From Puccinia triticina (lineage: Eukaryota), in the NCBI GenBank assembly GCA_026914245.1, contig CP110439.1, positions 2,480,001 to 2,544,000 of the forward strand: 64,000 nt of DNA, written 5' to 3'. This document shows positions 38,501 through 49,990 of this stretch, piece after piece. The position numbers and the translations under genes were made by a program. How positions within the stretch are numbered: the stretch's first letter is position 1; each line of letters starts with the position of its first letter. A model generated the notes under the pieces. The model was given only the letters and a program-made list of their open reading frames with translations, did not search any database and had not been told where the DNA came from.

Positions 38501-40010
38501 AAGTCTGATGATGGCGAGGTCAAAGAGTTATGCGTCACGAGCGCTCGGCTGACCAAAAACAAAAAGAAGTTCAACCAGCGCCAGAAGTGCTTTTATTTGA
38601 AGGTCAAGAACGCATTGCACCGTCGAAGGCGCCAGCTGTTTTATCTCGACGGACCTGGTGGGACAGGAAAAACTTTCGCCCTCAACACCTTAATTGATTT
38701 GGCAACCGTGAATGAGTATAACAAGATCGCTGTCGCATCCTCAGGGGTCGCTGCTTTACTCCTGAAATTTGGCCAAACGGCCCACTCAGCCTTCAAAATC
38801 CCGATTGATGCAGCTGCCGGTGTTGAATGTCCTATAGATGAGGATAGTTTCCTTGCGCTTAAGTTGAAGGACGCGCGACTCATCATTTGGGATGAAGTCG
38901 TCACAATCCATAAGAACGCAATCGAAGCGGTAAATTTGACGCTGAAGCGGATTTGCGGGTCGACAGACGACTTTGGGGGAAAAGTTGTTATCTTCTTGGG
39001 CGACTTTCGGCAAATCTTACCAGTTGTCAAATATAACGAATATCCACCGGCTTCTTTCTCAACAATTAAATCGTCAACGCTTTGGGATAACATTTCACCA
39101 TTTAATTTGGACGTAAATATGCGCCTGGCCAATGCAATAGCTTCACCGGAAAAAAAAAAATAACATAGACTTTGCCGCTTCATTACTTTTGCTAGGGGAA
39201 GGAAAACGACAAAAATCAGACTACGCCGTGATTAAACTGCGTCACATTAATGTGGCCTCCTATAAGTCTCGAGATGAAATGAGGTCCGCATTGATAACGT
39301 TTGTTTACGACGATCTTGTTTCGGTGAGATCGGCGAAGGCAGCTACAACTTACCTAAATGAAAGATGTATTCTGGCGCCGCTAAACAAAGATGTTAAGAA
39401 ACTCAACAATGAAGTTTTAAGCTTGTTACCAGGTGATTTGGTAACACTAACTTCAATCGACACGCCAGATCCGGACTCGATCTCAAGCTTGCCAGAAGAG
39501 TGCCTCAACAAGTTGTTGTTCTCGGGCTTTCTGGAACACGAGATCAGCATAAAATTGGGGATGCCACTTGTTATAATAAGAAACTTGTCGATTGGCGCCG
39601 GAATTCGTAACGGTTCACGGATCAGGGTCGTCGACTTTGGGATCGGGTTCATCCGAGGCAGGTTAATGTCAGGTCCTTTGGCTGGTACCGAAGTAACTCT
39701 TCCAAGAATAAAGCTTCAAAACAAGTCGAATGCACCCTCGGGAATGTCTTTCTTTTGTTATCAGTTTCCGGTTGCGCCGGCCTACGCCATGACGGTGAAC
39801 AAGAGTCAAGGCCAAACATTAAATAGGGTCAGTATTTATTTGGATTTGGACATATTTTCCCACGGGCAGCTCTACTTTGCGCTATCAAGAGTTTCTGATG
39901 TCAACAATCTACTCGTGGTAAAACCAGACTCAAGGAAAGGAGTTGTCAATGTGGTACATAAGTCAATTTTTAAACGCCTTCCTTCAAGGTATTTTTTCAT
40001 TTCCTACTGA
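35552..40010 (+). pseudogene. Helitron Rep/PIF1 helicase (RepHel), intron-containing, with a TGA stop and a poly-A frameshift
   Basis: Zn motif C..C...CC; HUH motif VEFQKQGLPHLH; YLYKYITKG; helicase motifs [38 protein letters not shown] near 36751; frameshift in the A-run at 39150-39160. Confidence 0.95.
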
Positions 40011-40830
40011 ATTGTGTGCAAATATTTACTAACTCTGCAATACATTTGAAGATATCCCATAATCAATAGTGACCCTGAACGCTTGCACGATATGATGGCT
40101 CAACGAGATGGCTCATTGGAATAAATCAATCCCTAATCTCCGTTGTTCTCTCATATTGAGTATCATTTCTGTTTAGGTGTATTTGAAGCTTACGTGCGTT
40201 GAGCTGCTAATACGCGAATCATGCATGATTTCAGGTTACAGTTAAGGTAAATCTATGAGTAAAACAGATGTCTTAACAAGGTGGAAGAAAATGAAGCTTA
40301 GTCTTATTCGCATGACCGAGTTATGCCTAATCTCCCGAACTCATTCCCGCATTGTTCGATTTGTTTGAGTAATGTTCATATTTGTGTAACCGTTGGTTGT
40401 GTGTTTACTGAAAAACCTGATACCCGTGGCATGACGGCGAGGTGGATAAGGGCGCCTAGGGCTTTGAAATTGAGATCGCTGTTGCTGAGTGGTTACCGAA
40501 CTTGCGGTTGAGGTTACAACTCGAGGGTTTCTTGTGCAACGATTGTTGAAGAAGATTCTTGTGCTTAACCCACACACGGGTAGCCAAAGACCACTCTAAG
40601 GGTCAAGTCTGGTGTGACCTACGCCGCGTTGGCAAGTTCCGCTCCTACGGCAATGTATCACACTTTGCCTAGGCGTTTTGTCTCGAGTAGCTGGTCAATT
40701 CATGTATAAAGCCTGTGGTAATCACTGCTATCTTGTGCTGTACTGCTCCCAAACTTCATTTAGCCGACATAAGACAGTAAACTTTTGACTTCGCTTCGAT
40801 TCCCAGAAAAATCACTCGGATAGACCAAAT

Positions 40831-41662
40831 ATGTCACAAAACAATTGTTGCGTTGCGCTGACGACAACTCAACTTCCCATTTGCGATAGGTTATGTTTCA
40901 GAGGGCAAGTGGTGATTACAGGCGACGTGAGTTGCTTGCCTGTTAGTGCGCTTAATTGGCCGTTAACTTATTCTTGATTGTTTGTTTGGAGGCTTCATAG
41001 GAAGAGGATAACCACGGTATAGCTGAGACTAATCTACTTGGAAGCTATCTTGCTTGTAACGGACAAGATACGGAAGGTCGACGTGGATTTTGGGTGAACT
41101 TGCGGTCAAACTTTTTCGAAGGGAGGAACCTGCGCGTTGGATACACCTATTCGATGCGGGGAGCTATTGTAAGGTTGGACACAAGCTCCGTCGTCGAGTT
41201 GAGGTTCTACACAGCAGTAGTGGCATTGAGGTTATTGCGTAGTCCTGCTGGGCCTCCGTCAGCTCTGATTGTAAACGCGGTGGGAACAATTGTTGACATC
41301 TGGCGATTTGAGTACGGTTTGGATGGAAAATATACTTACTGGTTAATATTGGCCCACGTAGTGGAGGTGAGAGCAATTAATCTTTTTCCTGATCTTTGTT
41401 ATGTTTGACTTAATGATGGTGAATGTGTTAGGACCCTCGTACCAAGTTGACCACAAAGTTCATTATAAGGCCATCCGCGTGTCCTGACATATACTTGGGA
41501 GATGATGTTGTCAGCCGTCGAGCGTGGTTTACCGGCCGTCTGAACGGCAGCAATCTTGTCACTGGTGAACGCAATACATGTAAGAAAATTTGATTAACAA
41601 CACTTGCATGCTGAACTTATAGTTGGGATTTGTTCTATTTAGGTGACGTCGGGCCGGATTGA
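40831..41662 (+). CDS. Second Helitron accessory gene, divergent paralogue of 33561-34946
   Basis: YSMRGAIV..IVNAVGTIVD..LILAHVVE|intron..KFII..FTGRL parallels YAISGKLI..NVTGLGMVID..VTVAHCNWDGE|intron..KYI..IIGRL. The exon model is approximate. Confidence 0.5.
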
Positions 41663-43569
41663 GTCAGCCTCTATTGATATTTAGGTTTAGTTTGCCTTAA
41701 TTGAGCTTGGTATTTGTGTTGATTATGTGTCTGATGAAGCTTAGTGTTTGGTGTTTCTGGTTCATTTTGTCGGATAAGCTGAGGCGTGAGCTTATGGACT
41801 TTTATTTGTCCCTGAAGCCGTAAAAACCTGTGTTGTACTGTTGTGATTTGATGTTGGCTTCTGGTGAAAGTCTTACCCATGACTGTGAAATTCAACTTAA
41901 GTAGTTATTATCTGTCGCGCATTTGCATTCGTAGAACACACACGTCATGTAAAACTTGTGGGGCCTGGAATGTGACCCACGTTGGTCAGCGTAGTCTGTT
42001 CTGAAATGGAGCCCTTGCATTGCCTGAGCATTTGCTTTTGTTGTTGGTAAATCAGGAGGATGTGGTGACTTCAAGAAATCTGTCTTATTGAAAGAATGGG
42101 GAGTTGTCATGGGATTGGGTTGAGCCAACATATTTACTGTTGTTAGTTTTGCCTGATTGGCTGGGGTGCTTGCTTCATCTTGTTGGGATGGCCTGCGCTT
42201 TAATGTGGCCCTTGACATCGCAGCGGCGGAGCCGCTGTGGACTCTAGTATTTAATACATCAAAACGTTTTCAAATTTACTACCAAATCTTTGTGTTCAGA
42301 TTCAAATTCATTTTAAACAATAGATGAATCAGGAATTTTGCCAAAGAGTTTCTCTTTTCCATACTCACATATCAAGTTTATCTACAGCTTTATTTCTTAT
42401 GAAATGACTCTCTGTAAGCTTCAAGGATTTATCTTGAGCATCTTCTAACACTCAGAAGGGTGAATTTCACTCTTTCACAAGAAGTTGAGGAATATCTCCT
42501 GGATATTTTGGAATTCAAGTTGACAAGATCTTCTCATGGAAAAGTTTTTTTTATCCTCACGAGAGCCTTAGAATTCAGTCTCAAGCCAGATTGAACCCAT
42601 CTCAAACTTGCCTTGAGCTAAATTCAGAATTGATTCAACATTAATTCAGCATGGACTGACCACAAGTTAATTAAGTGGAAATTGAGTGTAACTTGCTGAT
42701 AGAGTTCCGGAAGTAAGTTTAAAAGGTTGAAAAAATTATTGAATGATTGGAATTGCATGCAAGTGCTGAGCAAGCTCCCCTGGTATAACCCCATGATTAA
42801 TCAAAATATATTATATAGTAGTAATATGAGAACTATTGTTTCTGCCAAGCAGTTGAAAATTCCTTGCAGTGTGGTTGTACATATGTTTTTAAAGAGTTAA
42901 AGTAATTTATACGGTCAAGTTGCAGTTGGTATCAATATGATATCAGACCCTTTCCAACAAACATTGAAAATCATTAATTACGTCAACAAGTACTTTTTTC
43001 GCGCAGCATTTCCCCTCGTAGGGTTGCGGAAAAAGTGCCTGTTGGCGTAATCAATGATTTTTAATAAAAGGATCAACCTGAGAGGACGACTATTATGGCA
43101 AAGCCAGTCAATACCTCCCAGGGCCCTGTGATGGTATATACGTATGTGAAATCTGAATGTTTAGTTAGATGTGTTGCCTCCGCTGTCCCGGTGACTCAAA
43201 TGACCAACTCGAAGGTAGCGGCAAAGCTTCTATTTATATTCTCCATCGTCACGTGAGGCGCGCAGGCCAACGGCATTTCCACACATAGCACCTGGTCCTT
43301 GACATTTCGCTCACACACGCTTCTTTGTTCCTTTTCAAAGGCATTCAATTCCGGCCATTGACTCCCAATGAACAAACACCATAAATGCACAGATCAAATC
43401 ATCAGCATCTCCGTTTTCTATTCCCAATACGTTGTCTGCCATAACCGGCTCCGACCCGCGGTGTTCTTTTCTAGATCAAACGACCCAACGATCCAAATGC
43501 ACAACTCCGGTTTCTATTCCCAATACGTTGTCTGCCATAACTGACTCCGACCCGCAGTGTGCTTTTCTA

Positions 43570-43766
43570 CAGTGCCCCCCACGACTTCTCTACTACCCCT
43601 CCCCCGCAAAAAACACGGAACTTTGAACGATGTGTTCACAGTCACCAGACATGTATCATATGTAAACTACATATTTTTGAGCCCTACAGAAGTAGGAGAA
43701 CTCAAAAATATATACTTGAGGTCTGTACAATGCCTCAAAACAAAGGAAAAGTCGTGGGGGGCACTG
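43570..43766. mobile_element. 197-bp Tc1/mariner-type MITE with TA TSD
   Basis: TIRs CAGTGCCCCCCACGACTT and AAGTCGTGGGGGGCACTG flanked by TA; the empty site is visible in the tandem sister repeat at about 43465-43500. Confidence 0.92.
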
Positions 43767-44391
43767 TAGATCAGACAACCCGACAATCCAAATGCACAAT
43801 TGATAACGCCATACAACAAATTTGTACTAACTCCTCGTCGCAAATGGTGTAGCATTTATCAAGTTGCTTTTCAAAATCAAACCCGACTTGGTTAAAAGCA
43901 GATCAGCAACCACAATAATTACTTCTTTTGGTTTCTTGTGAGTATCTATCCCGCTTCCTAATTCCTCTTCATTTCCAATCCTGTTGCTAATCCTGTTCCT
44001 GGAACAAGAATCCACCGCCTCCCGTATATTGTGATGCTAACATGGCCATAACTCGTAACTATTTTGAAGCATTGGGCGCTTTTGTTTGGTTAGATCATTC
44101 ACCCTGCACTGTTTACGGCTGAAATCCTGAGTCCGTGGCTGCAAGTTTCTTGCTCAACCCGACCCAAAGGCATCGCACATTTCCAACAATGGAATATTGC
44201 TCCGGTGCCACAATGTTTGACATATCGATGCGGCACTTCCGGATTGCTACCGCAAAATACTCCATACGTCTGACAATATTTAATCAACTCCTATACACGT
44301 TTGACGCCTCCCCGCTCAACCCATTTCCTCATCCCCAAAGCCCCTACTCAAGCCACAATACCACTCCAACTCTTCTCATCAGTCCGCCGCC

Positions 44392-44800
44392 ATGGCACCC
44401 GTCGTATCCACTCTCCGGCGCCAAAGCCATCCTCTTTTTAGTCTTGCTCCGTTTGACATAACTAAATCCGTGAGTAGCCTTTATTTTGTATTTTCACCCA
44501 ATTCTAACTACTTTTTGCCATCTCCCACCAGCAATTACCCCGGGTTCAAGCTACGGTCAACTCATGTTTGAATCTACTCTCGCTGTCTTGATACCAAGAC
44601 TGGTGATTATGTCAATATGAAGGTCAAGCTACAAGATTACGGCTCAACTGCTACTTCACTTCTGCAGGACAAAATTTATTTTTTGTTGGGCTGAGTTATA
44701 GCCGTAAATGCGAAAACACCACCTGTGTTCTATTTTGAACAAGAGCTTACATTTCCTATTTCTGATTCCGAGGGCTACTTGGTTTCACTTGCCAACAAGG
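44392..44800 (+). pseudogene. 5' remnant of a third Helitron accessory-gene paralogue
   Basis: MAPVV..SHPLFSLAPF..|intron|..YGQ..KVKLQ..KIYFLLG*VIAVNAKTPPVF..LANK aligns by eye with the N-terminal half of 33561-34106. Confidence 0.6.
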
Positions 44801-45100
44801 CAGCTGCGCCATTACTCCGGCTACGACCAGGCCGAAATCCTGCCGATCGCCCAGTTCATGCTGGACTACATCCTCCGCTCCGGGTGCAAGAACCTCGGCA
44901 TGGGCTTGGGCCCTAACATTGGCATCCAGGCTGGCTACGAAGGTGGCAACGGACACGCAAACCTGTTCAAGAAATACGCAACTCGCAAAGTCAGGCTCGT
45001 TTGTTTTCTACTCTTCCCCGACCAACGCTGATGGGGTGTTTGCGCGGGTACAGCTTTTCCGAGTGAGCAAGATCATCTGTGATTAGGCTGTAGACTGATA
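44801..45100 (+). pseudogene. Captured C-terminal fragment of a B-type cyclin gene, with its intron (44990-45053)
   Basis: LRHYSGYDQAEILPIAQFMLDYIL..HANLFKKYATRK|LFRVSKIICD matches the cyclin B C-terminal pattern HYSGY..M.DY..KKYA; GC-rich patch. Confidence 0.78.
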
Positions 45101-45239
45101 GACCTTCGAGACCCCGACGGGCTACGAATGGGACGAGCTCGAGGAATGGAGCAGCTTCTCCCAGACGGCCAAGAAGCGCGCAACCACCGCCGGCGCCCAA
45201 CGTGTCGCAAAACTCGTGGAACAGAATTGACTTTGGCAG

Positions 45240-46825
45240 CGACAAAGAAAAGGGAGACAATCCCATCCCAGTTCCTGCAAGAACAGACTGTGGATCAGTT
45301 GTACTGGGAGCAGTATGCCCAGGGCCCTGAACAGGTTAATCAGAGTATTCAAGAAAGACCAATCATCGAAGTTAGTACCCTGAATCTGGGACAAAGATTA
45401 ATATTTGATGAGCTTGTTTGAAATTATAGCACCAACAATTCAGCCCCGGTGTTTATCAACGGTCCTGTGGGCTGTGGCAAGAGTTACTTAATGAATGCCA
45501 CAATTCAACATTTTACTAAGAGTGGGGCTCCGGTGATGGCTGTTGCTTCCTTGGGTGTTGCAGCCATGGTCCTTGACGGTGGCAGTACGGAAAATTCAAA
45601 GCTTTGTATACCACTACAGGTTAATTCCAAGTCGTATGCAAACCACGACATCCAAACAAATTTAGGGCGGACGTTAGCAGAACTCAAACTGTTGATCTGG
45701 GACAAAATTACGATGACTCACAGGGATAAAATCGAAATGGTCAACCAGTCCTTACATCACCTGCGAGAATCTGAGCTCCCGTTTGGTGGAGTTCAGGTTG
45801 TGTGCGGTGGTGACTTCCAGCAAATGTTGCCCGTTGTCCATGGGGGTGATATATTTGCACAAGGATCAGCCAGTCTGATTGGGTCGTATCTGTGGTCTCT
45901 GGTCAAAAGGTTCAGCTTTACGGGTAACATGTGCTTGGTGGCTGATCAATCTCACAAAGCAATCACCTCTCCAGATGTAGACATCAATGTCTTCTTGACC
46001 TGGTTATTGAATATTGGATCAGGGGCCGGGATGTTAAACAATTTTGAAATGGTTTCTTTAAGTCAAGTACCCGTGTTCAGCAATTGGGTCAAAGGGGCAG
46101 TACTGAATCAGCTCATTGAGTTTGTTTACGGTGATCTACAATTGGCCCGGCAGTGCACCCACGTGGATGATCTAGCTCAGTTCTATAGATCACACACAAT
46201 TCTGACACCGTTGAATGCCAACGTAAAACTCCTGAATTCAATTTGTTTGCGCAATTTGCCAGGGCGCGAAGTTGTTGTCCAAGCCGTAGACAAAGTCCTC
46301 AGCAACTGTGAAAAAACGTTAGGACCAGAATCGCTGGTTAACATCGAAATTTCTGGCTTTTCAATGCCTTCTCTTTGACTGAAGGAAGGTTTGCCAGTTG
46401 TTTGCATCCGGAATCTGACGCTTGGGAGCGGACTCTGCAATGGAATGCGGCTCCTGATCAAATGTGTTCAGCCCCATGTCCTGAAGTGTGAAGTGATGAC
46501 TGACCCAAACGCAGGGGAAGAGGTGTTACTCCCAAAGATGGTTCTGATCCACGAGCCGGATCAGATGTGTGCTACAAGGTTTGGACAATGTCAATTCCCA
46601 GTTGTTCCCGCTTTTGCAATGACAATCAACAAAGCTTAGGGACAAACTCTAGGTCCTGTGGGTGTTTATCTTCCTCAACCAGTGTTTTCTCATGGGCAGC
46701 TATATGTTGCCCTGTCTCGCGCAACAAGTTGGGCCAGCCTACTTGTTGGCTATGTAGGTGAAAATAGTGTTTTGCGGACCACAAATGTAGTGAACTTAGG
46801 TGTCATTAGAGATTCTGTTGTGTGA
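45240..46825 (+). pseudogene. Decayed PIF1-family helicase of Helitron 2
   Basis: Motifs INGPVGCGKS, LIWDKI, GDFQQMLPV, FAMTINKA*GQTL, VFSHGQLYVALSR; several stops. Confidence 0.9.
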
Positions 46826-47246
46826 ACAAGGCCTTCAGGTTTGTATGGTGTAGTTTTTTACATACTGGACTTGGCTCCATTGCTTCTTTTGTGCCATTTC
46901 TCTTTGTATACATATTAGATAAATTCTTGTAAAAGAAAAAAAAAATTGTGTCTAACCAATGGTCCACGAATGCGTGGCTTTACGGTACATTAGTGATGCG
47001 GTGTGCTTGGTTAGCCAGTGTGCCAGTTCTTTTGTGGGGTCACTTCAGGTGGGTCTTAGTTTACGCGGCGCAGCCGCGATTTCCCTAGTTCAGCATAACT
47101 TCAGCACAAAATTACACATCACTTGGAGCCAAGTCCTTCAAGAGATCTTAAAGGGTTCCTAAAGAGAGGGGTAAAGGCACTTGCATGCAAGTGCTGAGCA
47201 AACATCTGTGGTGTGATCTTTTCAATTTTTCCTCCATACTTCTTAG

Positions 47247-49990
47247 CCGCCATGCTCAGATCAGCACAAGGCAGCTGACGACACAAGAAATGGCTCAACT
47301 TGGGAAAAGTATGACAATAATGGCCTATTTGCAAGTACATGCCACCATGATGTACCACTTCTCATGATAAATATTTACAAGACTGGTAAGAAGTAAGCTG
47401 TTTTCATATTGATTTTAAATTCAGTATTTTGCATAATAATTCTGATGTGGCACTCTGTTGGTAACAGGTTGTATTATCCCATTTCAATAATACAAAACAT
47501 CCGAGCAGATTTTCCAGATTCCAAGGTTGGTGTCCTCTACAATATTTACTGTCACCTTGAGGCCCACATCATAAGGTGAGCCTTAGCAGTGGCATCTGTA
47601 TACCACTTTTGTAATAATCATACTAACATACAGAATGTAGCAAGGCCTACTCAGTGATGTAAAACTTGCTACATCTGTTTTCCATGCCTATGCGCATGAG
47701 TGGGCATGTCAGGTGAAGTGCAACCCTTGCTTCAATGAGATGTGGGGTTTAACTGTGTGAGATTTTCAGTCAGAGAAAAGGGGTTTGATGTGGTGAGAGT
47801 TTCAATCTTGAGGGGTCTTGAGATTGGACCAAGGAGCAAAGATGGGTCTGAGTAGTTTGTGCTCTGACTTGATGATTTGATTTCAAATACAAGCAGAGGA
47901 AATATGTAGTCACAACTAGAGAGCCCCCTTGCAAGATCCAAAGGGGGCCTAAGTGATAAAACAAACAAAACAGACATCTCAGATGAGATGGAAGGAGAGA
48001 TAGACACATGTTAAAGAAACATTAACATGTGGAAGGCATTGTAACTTAACAATGGAAAGAGAAAATACACATCACAATCTTGTGATGGAAAGCATCAATA
48101 AATAATTGATGGAAATAAATACCACATCACACATTGTGATGGAAGATGATAGATTAAAAAAAAGGGGGGGTTAGGGCATGACTAATCAGTGATGGAAAAA
48201 GGAAGACTGTGAGCGAAGAAGATGAGCCAGAATTCTGACAAACTGATGGTGAGGGGCTTGAGCGGTTCTGGTCGTATATGTCGCCTCTTGTGTCATATCT
48301 CCGTGTCTTGACTCGCTTGCACCGACTGCTCTCACTTCAATCTTAAGCAGATTATTTTCTGGAGCTTCTGATGGGCACGACCGGCGATTGGCTAATTAGA
48401 AAGCTCAACAATGCCAAAGAAACACTCCAACTGGCTTCAGACGCGCTCCAACTTCTCTACTCTACACTTAATCCTGCAACTCTTGGGTTTGTGTATACTA
48501 GTTCATTTCTTGAGGAGCAGTGGACACTTGAGAAAAGTTTCCATGCAAATTTCAATCAAAGAAGGGAGGATCAACAAAAGAAACTAGGCGAATTGCTTTG
48601 TTTACAGGACAACCTTGATGAAGCTTGGTGTGTTTCTTTTCTTAAGTTTTCATGTGTTTCTTTCATACATCTTTTACTGAATTTCCCAGCTCACTCACTC
48701 ACTCACAGGGGGCACACTACACACACCATTGCACAGGCCATCGCAAGGGCCAACAGCTGTGGTGACATAGCAGATCAGATTGCCAGACATTGGGTTGTAG
48801 TTGGGGCCAATCAGATAATAGATAACCTGACCAGTTGAGTTACTGATTGAGTCTGACCGGATGATTGAGTCTGACCGGATGGTGACCCTTTTTTAACTGA
48901 CACATTGCAACAAAAATAATACAGGAGATCAAAGCGACTTACTTTGGAAGGTTTGGCACTCAAAATCAGAGTTGTGTCAGCGTTTCTTGGGATTAGTCAA
49001 GGAGAAACAACCATTATTCCAAGTGTTTTGGAATGGTGAAAGTACAACTCTAGGTAAGCTTTGACATGTTTCTATGTGTTCCCCTGGATACTGATTACCT
49101 CTCCTATAGGCACCAGAGGGAATCAAAAGCTGGTCATTGCCGTACGCAAGCGGGCAGACCAGCTCCGTGCATGTTTGGAATTCTACAACAAGAGAGCTTG
49201 AGAATTCATCACAGCATGCCCATTACAACATCCACCACCCCTCATTGAATACACCAACCTGCTTTGCCTAACACCGTACGATCCTTTCTGGAACGACGGT
49301 TTATTTAGTAGTGTTAATGATCCATGGGCCATCAATATCAACACTCAACGTGGGATTTGCCTGTTATCCCGATTTAAACGTTCTTGTGAGGAAAAACAGG
49401 GATGGGAAGCCAGGCAGGCCATGCGCTGGGCTATCAATCAACACAAGAAAGTGTGGTTTTATTTAGGACAGCTTTGTCACGTAACGGAACATTCGGAAAT
49501 TCCAGCGGCCCTCCAGCCAATGCTTTCTCACCCGTTTCTCTCCTCACACAATAACCAATCCAACAAAATCAAATCAGCAAAGGTCCTGGCGCACAGCAAT
49601 TTGATTGCAGTCAGCAAGCTTCAAGTTGACTGGTATGAGGCAATTGTCTTGGTTCTCCAGAGAACTTCACCACAGACAGATGATGATGTGCTTTTACAAT
49701 TGTGGGAGCAGCAAATTTCCAAGATTACTGGGTCCCTGCAATTTGGATTTCTCTCATCCATACCTGGCAACATTCACAATGGGCTTCTGTCCCACTTCAT
49801 TGAGGAAACGGATTTGCACATTGAGGCCGAGAATCTTAATTGTAATGATGGCGCTGAACGTAACCCAGAGGATGATTCTGATGCCAAAGGTGAGACAGAA
49901 AATGAGGATGACCAGTTTGACATGATTGCAGCTCTACAGATTGAAGTGAATCTACTTGAAAACCTCACTCAGGCGTCCAATGTAGGATAA
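47247..49990 (+). pseudogene. KDZ transposase C-terminal part (catalytic region), interrupted by a solo LTR
   Basis: Motifs CSDQHKAA..GLFASTCHHDVPL..IYKTG, LYNIYCHL, SVFHAYAHEWACQ..NP..WGL|TDGEGLERFWS. Confidence 0.88.
47756..48240. mobile_element. Solo LTR (485 bp) with 5-bp TSD AACTG
   Basis: TGTGAGA..TCTGACA ends; AACTG at 47751-47755 and 48241-48245; excision restores WGLTDGEGLER. Confidence 0.92.

Larger units (their letters stand above)
32421..42247 (+). mobile_element. Helitron 1 (near full-length; RepHel plus two accessory genes)
   Basis: 3' hairpin CAGCGGC-GGA-GCCGCTG at 42221-42237, then CTAG|T at 42244-42248; 5' end A|TCATTG at 32421 is tentative. Confidence 0.85.
42971..47088 (+). 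mobile_element. Helitron 2 (internally deleted: no Rep domain, decayed helicase, captured host fragment)
   Basis: 3' hairpin CGCGGC-GCA-GCCGCG at 47064-47078, then CTAG|T at 47085-47089; 5' end A|TCATTA at 42971 is tentative. Confidence 0.8.
16266..47213. mobile_element. Large CACTA/EnSpm-like TIR element (CACC..GGTG ends, 3-bp TSD TGA) inserted in a KDZ intron and inflated by nested TEs
   Basis: About 40-bp imperfect TIRs: CACCACAGACGTTTGCTCAGCAC (from 16266) and GTGCTGAGCAAACATCTGTGGTG (to 47213); TGA at 16263-16265 and 47214-47216; removing the element restores a normal intron. No transposase was recognised, so the superfamily call rests on the ends only. Confidence 0.8.
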
